Sequence record: MT708547.1
Reading direction: 5' to 3' (one strand)
DNA length: 64,000 nt
Both the position numbers and the translations under genes were made by a program. This document shows, piece by piece, positions 22,211 through 31,906 of this stretch. Within the stretch, counting starts at the first letter, position 1. Each line of letters opens with the position of its first letter. Below the pieces are notes generated by a model that saw only the letters and a list, made by a program, of their open reading frames with translations, had not been told where the DNA came from and ran no database searches.

Positions 22211-22418
22211 AATTAAAGTAATAAAGGTATATAATGTGTTTATTGGTTTTAAAATAGTTATTGTCTTCTTTATATGGTTTATTACATATCAAATAATTGA
22301 AGAAATCAGCACTAAATTTTCCTCAGATAATTTCTTAGTAGACGTTTGTTTATTATCCATTGCAATACTTGGTTTTTTGATCATACCAGTTATATTTTCA
22401 TATTTTATATGAAAAATG

Positions 22419-22447
22419 TTGACATTTTTTTCTTCATAAGATATAGT
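22419..22447 (+). promoter_or_regulatory. Sigma70-type early promoter
   Basis: TTGACA-17 nt-TATAGT. Confidence 0.75.
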
Positions 22448-22480
22448 ATAGATATTAACAATTAATAACGGATATCAAAA

Positions 22481-22747
22481 ATGTTCCAACATCTTTTGGA
22501 TTTTTTCTGTACTGTAAACATTGAAAAACAAGCTAAGTTCATTATTGCAGAACTGGTCTGGTTTTACTTAGGTGGCCTGGTAATTACAATGTGTGCATTT
22601 TTACATAGTGATATTAATCTTGGTATTTCCTATGCAAAAAGTGAGAATAAATCATCATTACTAATCAAGTTTATTAGATGTTTATTGTACTTAGCGTATA
22701 TCTTATATATTGTTGGATTTTTTGGTGTATATTATGTAATTCATTAG
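22481..22747 (+). CDS. Small two-TM membrane protein
   Basis: Two hydrophobic segments; first gene after the promoter. Confidence 0.6.
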   Translation: MFQHLLDFFCTVNIEKQAKFIIAELVWFYLGGLVITMCAFLHSDINLGISYAKSENKSSLLIKFIRCLLYLAYILYIVGFFGVYYVIH

Positions 22748-22754
22748 GAATTGA

Positions 22755-23495
22755 TTGATGATTAGTACTAAATTCATTAAAAAAGCTGGTGATAAAAGAT
22801 TACTAATCATTTCTGGAAATGGATTGTCAATGGATAGTGGTTTTGATTTATATGATATTCCTGATAATTTTCAGATAAATGATGTATGTAATATTGCCAG
22901 TTTAGGTACAAAATATCACGTAGTACATTCTTATTATAATACTCTTAGAGTTAAATTAAAAGATATTGAACCAAACGAAATGCATTACTATATTAAATCA
23001 TTACAAGATGAGTATGGTGATAACTTTTTACACATGACCAGTAATGTAGATGATTTATATACAAGAATTGGTGGCACTGAATTAAAATTGCATGGTAATA
23101 TTAAAGAGGTTATAGAAAACTACACCGCTGATGGTTCTGAAATAGAAATAAAAGAATTAGGTTATGAACCATATATTCCATGTAGTGGTATTTTTTCTAA
23201 ACCCGGTGTTACATTAATTGGTGAGTTCCATAGTTATTTTTATGGATATAAAACCCCAATTTATGAAGAACGAAATGAAATACTAAAATCATTAAATGAA
23301 AATGATACTGTAGTAGTAATTGGAAGTTCTGATTCAGTACTGAAATGGAGCCATTTAATAAATGATAAATGTTACACAGTACTAATCAATATAAGAAAAA
23401 ATGAAAACGATCATCGTTTCAATGAACGAATTTATAAATCTTGTTCCAAATCTGTATTAGATTTATCTGGAATAATTTCAAAAAGGATGGTATAG
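22755..23495 (+). CDS. Sir2/sirtuin-family protein (divergent)
   Basis: ISGNGLSMDSG (cf. GAGISxxSG), TSNVDDL, LHG, KPGVTLIGE, VIGSS. Confidence 0.75.
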   Translation: MMISTKFIKKAGDKRLLIISGNGLSMDSGFDLYDIPDNFQINDVCNIASLGTKYHVVHSYYNTLRVKLKDIEPNEMHYYIKSLQDEYGDNFLHMTSNVDDLYTRIGGTELKLHGNIKEVIENYTADGSEIEIKELGYEPYIPCSGIFSKPGVTLIGEFHSYFYGYKTPIYEERNEILKSLNENDTVVVIGSSDSVLKWSHLINDKCYTVLINIRKNENDHRFNERIYKSCSKSVLDLSGIISKRMV

Positions 23496-24049
23496 TGGAA
23501 AAAATTGATTTCGGTAAAAGAAGTGCCAGAGCCGATTTTGCTTTTTGTTGGATTTTTGCCAGAGATTGTACTCCATACTCTGGATATGATGATCAACTTG
23601 GAATTGATAAAGTAAATTTAGTACTAGCACAATTACGTTTTGATGGTTGCATTGGGGCGTGTGGTGGTATGGTGGAAAGTGATGATAAATCATTAGAAGA
23701 AGCTGTACAGCGTGAAGTACTGGAAGAAATTGGTTATACTGTTGATTTAACACATTTAAAACCACTTCTAAGCTTGCGTTTACCATCAGGCAGCCATTGT
23801 CATAGCTATAGTTATGAAGTTGATTACAATGAATTACAAAGCATTAGAGATGGTGCTTATAGAGGAATGCATTTCAATCCAGAATGTGCTGGTGTGAATC
23901 TTTTACATATTTCAAGATACACAAAAGGTTATGGAAATGAATGTGGATATAATGTATTATTAGAACAACACTGGAGTGGTACATCAAAAGAAGAATTTAT
24001 GTACCTTGTAGAGACAGAAAATCTATTAATTAGTTATTTGAAGGAATGA
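23495..24049 (+). CDS. Nudix hydrolase, NUDT16 (U8 snoRNA-decapping)-like
   Basis: LAQLRFDGCIGACGGMVESDDKSLEEAVQREVLEEIG; start probably GTG at 23495 overlapping the Sir2 stop. Confidence 0.8.
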   Translation: MEKIDFGKRSARADFAFCWIFARDCTPYSGYDDQLGIDKVNLVLAQLRFDGCIGACGGMVESDDKSLEEAVQREVLEEIGYTVDLTHLKPLLSLRLPSGSHCHSYSYEVDYNELQSIRDGAYRGMHFNPECAGVNLLHISRYTKGYGNECGYNVLLEQHWSGTSKEEFMYLVETENLLISYLKE

Positions 24050-24381
24050 TAATGGGATACCAGTTATTTTTAGATGATATTCGTGATCCATCAAAATATT
24101 ATAGTACTGAAATGGTACTATGTAGATCTTATGATGAAGCTGTCAAATATGTAGAAGAACATGGAATTCCAGAATTTATCAGTTTTGATCATGACCTTGG
24201 AGATACTTCTGATAATGAAAAAACTGGTTATTCATTTGCTAAATTTTTGATTGATTATATGATTGATAATGGTATCAGTACTGAATTCAAATATAATATT
24301 CATAGCTCAAATCCAGTAGGTGCAGATAATATCGATTCTTATCTAAAAGCTGGTTTTAAATATCTAAGAGAAAATATGTAA
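24046..24381 (+). CDS. Cyclic-phosphate-processing receiver-domain protein (cREC-like)
   Basis: LFLDDIR, ISFDHDLG, TGY, IHSSNPVG motifs. Confidence 0.75.
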   Translation: MIMGYQLFLDDIRDPSKYYSTEMVLCRSYDEAVKYVEEHGIPEFISFDHDLGDTSDNEKTGYSFAKFLIDYMIDNGISTEFKYNIHSSNPVGADNIDSYLKAGFKYLRENM

Positions 24382-24704
24382 TGAGTATTAGTAATCATAT
24401 TTTTGCATGTTTTATTAGTATATGCATATGTTCTGTTGTTGGTGGATTGTGGTATAATTCAATGAGGTACGAAAAACACAATATTAGATATAATTCAGTT
24501 AAAGTTGTTGGTATTGGTCAATGTTCTAATAAAAGAAAAAGTTCGAGTGCCGAGTGTGCTTTTTGGTACGAAGATGGAAATTCTACACAATTTGCAATTT
24601 CAGATGATCCAGTTTCAATTGGTCAAATTGTTTATCAAATGTGCTGGACAGAAAAGGCTCGCGGTGATAGATGTTATGTAAATTACCAAACGAGTAAGCA
24701 GTAA
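24381..24704 (+). CDS. Membrane-anchored Cys-rich hypothetical protein
   Basis: N-terminal TM segment; several Cys. Confidence 0.55.
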   Translation: MSISNHIFACFISICICSVVGGLWYNSMRYEKHNIRYNSVKVVGIGQCSNKRKSSSAECAFWYEDGNSTQFAISDDPVSIGQIVYQMCWTEKARGDRCYVNYQTSKQ

Positions 24705-24726
24705 AAAAAGTTGTATTTTAGCAGTT

Positions 24727-24736
24727 CTAAATACAT
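24727..24736 (+). promoter_or_regulatory. T4-late-like promoter (CTAAATACAT) upstream of phoH
   Basis: Same 10-mer precedes tail genes at 51958 and 55144. Confidence 0.5.
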
Positions 24737-24783
24737 ATGAGAACAACATAATATTCTCCCCCAACTAAGATAAGGAATATCTT

Positions 24784-26223
24784 ATGAAAAAATATACTAT
24801 TGACACTAACGTAGTACTTTCCGATCCAAATGCAATCACTGCGTTTGATGGTACATCTGTTATTCTTCCATTTAAAGTACTAGAAGAACTAGATTCTATT
24901 AAAAGTCGTAATGTTGACGTATCTCGTGATGCACGTTTCGCAATCCGAAATATTGATGCAATTCTAGCTGATGCAACTTATGAAGAGATTAGAAATACTG
25001 GTGTTGATATTTCAAAAGTACATACGAATATGAGTGCTTCCAGTAAATTATTTGTAATTACCGATGAAGAAGCAGAAGCTTTAATTCGTACACAAGATAA
25101 AGAAGAAAAATTAGTCACTCTTCTAAAAAGTACAGTTCCTGATGATAAAATCATTTTAGTAGCACTAGCAACTGATTCAGTACTAGTTACAAAAGATATC
25201 AATATGCGTCTAAAAGCACTATCTTATGGTGTTGAGGTTCAAGATTATCGTCATGATGTAGTACTAGAAGATAGTGATCTTATTCATGTCGGTCAACATC
25301 ATCTTGACATTGATTTTTGGGAAATGTTTAAAGATATTCCTGATGCAGAAATTAAATCCAATCAAATTGGTAGAAAATTGTATCACTATATCAGTACTGA
25401 ACTATTAAAAGATTCGTTACCAACAAATATGTATATTGGTGATTATTTGTATGATAATTCTGATGTATTGTTTGTATATGATGGTATTGTTGAACTTGAT
25501 GATTCAGAAGGTAATGCAATTGAAGGTGAGTTTTTTGTATTTCAAGATGTAGGACAATCGGTTGCTTTACGTGCCAAAGTTTGGGATATTAAATCAAAAA
25601 ATATCCAACAATCATTAGCAATTAATAGTATTCTCGATCCTGACGTACATCTTACTGTACTTCTTGGTTCTGCTGGTACTGGTAAAACACTAATTACAAT
25701 TGCAAGTGCACTTGAATTAGTACTAGAGAAGAAAAAATATTCTCGTATTATTTTCTCAAAAACTCAAGATTCACAGTTTGAAGATATTGGTTTCCTACCA
25801 GGATCAGAAAGTGAAAAAGTAATTCCTTTCTGTGGTGCAGCAATTGATGCATTAGAGTTTTTACATCGTGATGACCGTGATCCACAAGGTAGTATTGAAG
25901 AAATTATGAAACGTAATGTTATTCAATTTAAAGCATTGAACTTCGTTCGTGGTCGTAGTTTCACTGATACAATTCTTGTTATCGACGAATTCCAAAATAT
26001 TTCACCTGCACAAGCGAAGACAATCTTGACACGTGCTGGACAAAACTGTAAAGTAATCATTATGGGAAACCTATCACAAATTGATAATAAATTTATTAGT
26101 GCAGTGAATAGTGGTTTAACCTATGTTACTGAAAAATTTAAAGATTGGTCCGGTTGTCGTATCATCGAGTTAGAAGGTGTTGTGCGTTCACCATTAGCCG
26201 AATTTGCTGAGAAAAATATGTAA
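24784..26223 (+). CDS. phoH: PIN-domain PhoH-family ATPase
   Basis: IDTNV, EELD, DDKII, TKDINMR (PIN); GSAGTGKT, RGRS, IDEFQN, GNLSQID, RSPLAE (PhoH). Confidence 0.92.
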   Translation: MKKYTIDTNVVLSDPNAITAFDGTSVILPFKVLEELDSIKSRNVDVSRDARFAIRNIDAILADATYEEIRNTGVDISKVHTNMSASSKLFVITDEEAEALIRTQDKEEKLVTLLKSTVPDDKIILVALATDSVLVTKDINMRLKALSYGVEVQDYRHDVVLEDSDLIHVGQHHLDIDFWEMFKDIPDAEIKSNQIGRKLYHYISTELLKDSLPTNMYIGDYLYDNSDVLFVYDGIVELDDSEGNAIEGEFFVFQDVGQSVALRAKVWDIKSKNIQQSLAINSILDPDVHLTVLLGSAGTGKTLITIASALELVLEKKKYSRIIFSKTQDSQFEDIGFLPGSESEKVIPFCGAAIDALEFLHRDDRDPQGSIEEIMKRNVIQFKALNFVRGRSFTDTILVIDEFQNISPAQAKTILTRAGQNCKVIIMGNLSQIDNKFISAVNSGLTYVTEKFKDWSGCRIIELEGVVRSPLAEFAEKNM

Positions 26224-26230
26224 TAATATG

Positions 26231-26259
26231 TTCGGTACTGAACAACACTCAGTACCGAA
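26231..26259. repeat. Perfect inverted repeat TTCGGTACTGA-7 nt-TCAGTACCGAA
   Basis: Read directly; lies 23 nt upstream of the -35 box. Confidence 0.8.
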
Positions 26260-26282
26260 ATTTAAAATAATTAAAAAAACAT

Positions 26283-26311
26283 TTGACATATCAATCGTTG
26301 TATCCTATAAT
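26283..26311 (+). promoter_or_regulatory. Perfect consensus sigma70 promoter
   Basis: TTGACA-17 nt-TATAAT with an A-rich UP element. Confidence 0.85.
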
Positions 26312-26357
26312 AATCTCATCAACACGAAACACAGAAACAATAAAAGAGGAAATAAAA

Positions 26358-26654
26358 ATGGCTAAACAAGCAAAGAAAAAAGTTCAAGAAGCTCCAGTTA
26401 AAGTTAAAAAAGCAAAAACCGAAAAACTGTCCAAAGAAGAACGCGTAAGTGCACTGTACAAAGCCGAAGCACAAACAACTCTCCAAACCCTACGCAAGAA
26501 AGGTGTGCTGACCCGCCGCCAACAACGTATGATTGCGTACACAAAAGGTCTTGGTGGTGTCAAAGGTGTACCACTGGTAAATACCTATGAAGTGGAGAAA
26601 AAAGGAGACAAAAAAGTTGTAGTTCACAAACTCCAACAATGGCATCGTATCTAA
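26358..26654 (+). CDS. Small very basic (Lys-rich) protein, candidate nucleic-acid-binding
   Basis: SD GAGG then ATG 26358; MAKQAKKKVQEAPVKVKKAKTEK...; 98 aa. Confidence 0.75.
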   Translation: MAKQAKKKVQEAPVKVKKAKTEKLSKEERVSALYKAEAQTTLQTLRKKGVLTRRQQRMIAYTKGLGGVKGVPLVNTYEVEKKGDKKVVVHKLQQWHRI

Positions 26655-26665
26655 TATAATTTTAT

Positions 26666-26690
26666 AGTACTGTAATATAATTACAGTACT
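26666..26690. repeat. Perfect inverted repeat AGTACTGTAAT-ata-ATTACAGTACT
   Basis: Read directly; carries two AGTACT sites. Confidence 0.8.
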
Positions 26691-26697
26691 TCATATT

Positions 26698-26722
26698 AAA
26701 TCCCCACTTTTGTGGGGATTTT
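26698..26722 (+). terminator. Intrinsic terminator
   Basis: AAATCCCCAC-tttt-GTGGGGATTT followed by T. Confidence 0.75.
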
Positions 26723-26931
26723 CCTTATATAAGGACAATGAGTATGCACCATTTATTTGAAGCTTTTTTGGATATTGTTACCTGTGTTATTCCATCTACT
26801 AAGAAAAGTACTATTATTTTTCTTGGTATTATCCTGTTATTGACAATTGGCTATTTCCTCACTGCATAAGGAGTTATAATGAAAAAATTAATCAGAGGTA
26901 GAATGACATTTCATTAAGTTAAACTAACTTA

Positions 26932-27897
26932 ATGGAGATCATATACATGTTTTTCAACCAAACTTTCGTTTTGTATCATGACAACGGTAATGTGGAAATT
27001 ACTGATGATTTATTAAAAACAGTACAGAAATATGGTGGCTCTGAAAAATTTCATAGTCTAATGAAATTTAATCTAGGTTCTTTTGAAGAACGAAAAAGAA
27101 AGTATTATCGCCCCAATGGATATTTTGATTATGAATTCACAAATCATATGGGCTTTTTTCTTTGTAATGAAAAAGGATTACTGATTTCTCCTGATTTATT
27201 TTATGGTGAATATGAAGTAATCTGGAATAAGTACTGGGAACAGAGAAATCATACTCGTACTATGCATTTCAAACATAATAGATCATGGGTTCATAAACAC
27301 AATAACACTCGTTATAAACATCCGCAAACAATGAATGCTCGCAGAGCATCATGTGCGGTACTAAAAGAAGAAGGTGAACCTGAATTTCGAGGTAAACGTA
27401 AGGTACGTTCTATTCCAACGTTGTGGGATGATAAAAAAACTCGTCACGGTACTGGATGGAAGTATAGTACAAAACGAAAACATCAATACAAATAATCCAA
27501 AAGGAGAACGTAAATGTTCTCCTTTTTCTATTGGACAATATCAATGTCAAAATATAAAAAGAAAATTTTATCAAAAATAATTCATACTGAATCACTGGAA
27601 GATGATAATTTGGATGATATTATTTCAGTACTATTACACTGGAAAGAACAATACCCAAATGAAGAATTACGTGTTGAATATGGTTCTTGTGGTTTAGATC
27701 CTTATGGTGGATATGATGAATATTATATTATCCGTGATTGTTTAGAAACTGATGAAGAATTTAATACAAGAGTTCAGTACGAAGAAGATAAATTAAGAAC
27801 TAAAGAGCAAAAAGAAATGGAACGTTTATTAAGATGTAAAACTTTAAACGAATCCAACAAAGAAAAGTTAATCAAATATATCGAGAAATATAAATGA
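26932..27897 (+). CDS. Two hypothetical proteins (26932-27495, 27514/27547-27897)
   Basis: ORF track; the first has a basic C-terminus RGKRKVRSIPTLWDD. Confidence 0.6.
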
Positions 27898-28754
27898 ATC
27901 ATATTACTGAAGAAAAAATTCTATATCACGCATTACATAATGGATCATTTACTTTACAAAGTTGTGATTATATTGGTCATACTCAGACATGTATTGATAA
28001 CCTTCTGAAGTGTAAATTTCTTACATGGGAAACTAATAGTTTGTGGAGTGATTATAAACATAATGATAGTTCTAAATATTATGACATAGCATTTCATCAG
28101 TATAAAATCACCGAAACAGGTGAAGTTCGTTTAGCCATTTATCGTTTAGCTTATGCACATAAGAATCACAGAGATACTTCTAAACATGTGAAAAGGATGG
28201 AACAATTAACAAAAGTATTGAAACAGTATTCTCTGGATATTGATAACTTCAAAAAGAATTGTACTAAAAATGAAGTGAAAGCAATTAATTATTATAAAGA
28301 AAACTATAATAAAACGGTTGATATTGAAGAAGCGAAAGCTGTCGGTGATGCATTAAAACAAGCTATTCATCCAGTATTCAGTACTGAAAAAATTCAATCC
28401 AAAAATTCTCATCTAAATGATATTGATTTCGGTGATGTAGTACTTAATAATATGTTCCAAATGAGTTCTATGCTTGGTGAAAAAGGTTATGATAAATCCA
28501 GAACATGGGATTATGTTCTCCGTAAAATTAATGAAGAATTAGGTGAAATGACACTTGAAATGAATGTAGCAGATGGGTTATCATATAAAGAAGCAGGGAA
28601 AGATGGCGTAAAAGGTGAAGCCGTTGATTTAGCAATTTGTGCTATGGATATGTTTGCGTTAGAATGTCCTGGTATGAGTGCTGATGAAATTGAGCGTGAA
28701 TTTTTAACATACATGAACATCAAACTAGCTAAATGGAGAAAATCAATACAATGA
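27894..28754 (+). CDS. Protein with C-terminal MazG-like NTP pyrophosphohydrolase domain
   Basis: KINEELGEM...GEAVDLAICAMD (EExxE...ExxD) pattern. Confidence 0.7.
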   Translation: MNHITEEKILYHALHNGSFTLQSCDYIGHTQTCIDNLLKCKFLTWETNSLWSDYKHNDSSKYYDIAFHQYKITETGEVRLAIYRLAYAHKNHRDTSKHVKRMEQLTKVLKQYSLDIDNFKKNCTKNEVKAINYYKENYNKTVDIEEAKAVGDALKQAIHPVFSTEKIQSKNSHLNDIDFGDVVLNNMFQMSSMLGEKGYDKSRTWDYVLRKINEELGEMTLEMNVADGLSYKEAGKDGVKGEAVDLAICAMDMFALECPGMSADEIEREFLTYMNIKLAKWRKSIQ

Positions 28755-29053
28755 ATAAATTTATTTTTGGCATGGTCTTGATTGGTACAGTACTGTTAAG
28801 TGGTTGTGTTAGTTATTTTGAATGTGATACTTATACACAATACTTACCATTTAGTGCTAATGCACCGGAAAATTGTTATCTTGCGAATAGTGAGATTACT
28901 GTCATTAATGGTATTCCTTCATTTGAATATATTTGCAATAAAGGAGAAGAATTACAAGAAGGTTCATCTCGTTCTCAATATTTAACTGGTTCTACACCAT
29001 ATAAATGGCCGGTAAGTACTGAAGATATTATATTCATAGGTGGAAAAGAATAA
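28751..29053 (+). CDS. Putative lipoprotein
   Basis: MNKFIFGMVLIGTVLLSG-C lipobox. Confidence 0.65.
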   Translation: MNKFIFGMVLIGTVLLSGCVSYFECDTYTQYLPFSANAPENCYLANSEITVINGIPSFEYICNKGEELQEGSSRSQYLTGSTPYKWPVSTEDIIFIGGKE

Positions 29054-30850
29054 TGCGTAAAATTGATTATGTAGCATTTTTATTAAAGGATGGTACAGTA
29101 ATTGAAAAGCATATTATTCGTATGCCAGCGTATAATGAGAAGGGATGGTATAATAGTGTAGTTAGTATTGATGCATTCAACAATCGTGAGTCCGAAAGAT
29201 ATTATCAAATTAGATGTGTTAAAAAGAAACCACTTCTTGGTTTATTGTGTCATTTATATCGATTAACTGAATGGGAACGTGATACACAGTTATCAACTAA
29301 TCGTATGAAAAAATATGATCCTTCATATGAACATCCTTACAATTTAGTACCATGCATTGAGCATCAAAATGTGTTTGACTTTTATAAACACATCGGGTAT
29401 GATTATAAAAAGAAGCGATACATTTAAAGGTAAATTTAATGAAACTTTGTAAGCATTGTCAGAAACCAAAATTCAAACATCAACGTGAAACACTGAATTG
29501 TCCAAGTCCAACTCGTTCATTGGCTGCGAATTTTAATAGTACAACTGTATATGATGAATATGAATCTGATCCAGTACATTATGCTATTGCACAAGTACAA
29601 TTGAAAGCTGATATTGCTGAAATTACTGCTGGTCTTGATGAACTTCTTGCTAAAGGTGATATTAACGAACAGTCGTATAAAATGAATTTAGCAAATGCAA
29701 CTGCTAATCTTACTCGTATTGCTGAAAATAGTAAACGCGAAGAATTTGAACCTAATGCAGTACTGTCTGTTTCTTTTAACGATATGGTGTATTTTTATGA
29801 TGCACAATGGGAAGAAAATGCAGTACTAGAAGGTGAAAAAGCGGTAGAAGATTTATATTTCTCTGATAAATTCAAAGAATATCATGATGCTGGTATTATC
29901 CCAGTATTAGAAGTGTTAGATAATGAAAGTACTGAAAGTGTTAAAGTAATTTATAATGCAGAACGTGCTGAATTTATTTCTGATATTAGTCGTGATGAAC
30001 ATTTAAAAGAAAAAGATACAAAACAAGAAGAAGTATCTTTATCTGATTTGAATAATGATGATTTTGTACTTCCATTACACGATAAACAATGGGTACTAAA
30101 TACTATTCGCAAGAATTGTGATGATGAAGTTGACGATCTTGAATGTGCATTGAAAAGTTGTGATGGATCTATTGTTCTTGGTAAACCAGATACAGCAAAC
30201 GATGGAACTTATCTAATGTTTGGTATGAAAACCAATGATGGTTTCCTTGAAAATGATTACTTCCTTCTTGATAACATTTTGTTTAAAGAATGGCATGTAC
30301 TTAATGATTCAGGATTAATCGAAATTGGGACATTTGAAAGCCACATTGACATTGATGAAAGCAAAAATAAAGGCATTACTACTTTTATGTCTGAAGTAAT
30401 TGCACGTTCATTATTCAGTACTGAAGCATTGGATATCAAAAGTACTTCTGATTGTAAAGAATTCTTGAAATCAGAATACAATGTACAAAAAGCAAAACGA
30501 ATCAAGAAAGAAAAATGGGGTAAAATTGAGTACCGAATCTTTGAAGATGATAATGGTGAACAGTATACTATTGTCACTTACTGTGATAAGTTGATTTCAC
30601 ATTATCCATTTGCTTACAATGAGGATTATTAATGATCATCTATGCTGTTCAGGAAATTGATTTTTATACTGAAGAATACGACAATCAAAAAATTCGTAAA
30701 TTATTTTTAAATTTAGACGCTGCACTTAATTATGTAAAAACTACATATGATATTAAAATTACTAACGTTAATACATGTAAAACATATATAGAAAATGATG
30801 AAGAACGTGGAGAAGTTTCCGTTGGTATTTATGAAATGAGTGTGTTATAA
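29053..30850 (+). CDS. Three hypothetical proteins (29053-29427, 29439-30632 acidic, 30632-30850)
   Basis: ORF track, overlapping stop/start. Confidence 0.6.
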
Positions 30851-30872
30851 TTAAATAATTTTTAACAAACAA

Positions 30873-30991
30873 GAAAGTACTGTCACCGTGCATCTGGGTA
30901 AAATCAGTATAAGTCCGTAAAGCACAATGCCAATACTCAACTATCTCCCTACTCCTTGAGATCTACCAAAGTTGAGGGTGGTAGTACTTTC
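30873..30991 (+). ncRNA. Candidate structured RNA (three-way junction)
   Basis: P1 30873-87/30977-91 (15 bp, 2 G-U), P2 30888-91/30922-25, P3 30936-42/30970-76 plus 30943-47/30958-62; intergenic, GC-richer than flanks. Confidence 0.55.
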
Positions 30992-31001
30992 ACCTTTTTA
31001 G

Positions 31002-31906
31002 TTGAGAAATATTATGATTTTATTAATTATTACAGTACTGTTAGGATTTTTTAATTGTTTTATTTTTTTCAGAATTGAAAAGAAAGAAGGATATTGCTTT
31101 CATAGTACAAAAGATGGTAAATTAGTTTCAATGTTTAGTATAGAATCTCCATCAATTTGTAAATTCTTTATTCTTTTACAATTCATCCCGTTTGTTAATA
31201 TCGTTTTCGCACTTTTATATTTCGTAGATATTCTTAATGGACATTAATAATGAATATTAAAACAACAGCAGATAAGTACTGGTTCATTATGAACCACCCA
31301 AAGTTTGTAAATAAAAATTACATTGTACCAAAAATTGAAATTGAACCACATAATGTATGTCCACAAACCAACAGAATTGAACAGTATGAATATTTGAATA
31401 CAAAAGTTCAGTACTGGATTGAGTTTTATATCCCAGTACAAGAAGATGGAAAATGGGATATTGCACATGATTACAAACATGATTGTGGTGGTGATACAAT
31501 AGATGAAGCAATTGACTGCTTATACAATTCAGTACTAAAAGAATATGGAAATTATACACAAGAAGAATTAGACAAAAAAGAAGATGAAGTATATGATTAC
31601 AAAAAATTCAAGGTTGGTGGTGCAACAATGTCATATATTTTATCTAAAATTCATGAAGACCTGTTTGAATACGCAAATGATAAAATTGTAACAGATGAAG
31701 AAGCAGAACCCTATAATAACAACACAGTTGGTTATTATGAAAACAAAATTAAAGAATTAAAAGGAACTTTAAATTCATTAATCGAATTCAAAAGAAATTC
31801 ACCAAAAGAAATGCACAAAGTAATTGACAAAGACATAAAAAACGTAGAACATGACATTTTTGCGAATGAAATGAGTATTAAATTTATGGTGGATTTGGAT
31901 CTATGA
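31002..31906 (+). CDS. Small membrane protein (31002/31014-31247) and hypothetical protein (31250-31906)
   Basis: ORF track; two hydrophobic segments in the first. Confidence 0.55.

Noticed and set aside
22179-22412. 77-aa hydrophobic ORF after nadV
   Set aside because: Its TTG start lies in the terminator hairpin; a shorter membrane ORF may exist but the start is unsupported
13473-26357. ORF-track starts at 13473, 23441 and 26283 (also 34509, 51915)
   Set aside because: 13473 and 26283 are the TTG of -35 boxes; better SD-linked or coupled starts are at 13539, 23495, 26358, 34542 and 51903
30873-30991. Hammerhead ribozyme or SAM/TPP riboswitch identity for the structured RNA
   Set aside because: CUGANGA/GAAA core and known riboswitch consensus elements not found on either strand
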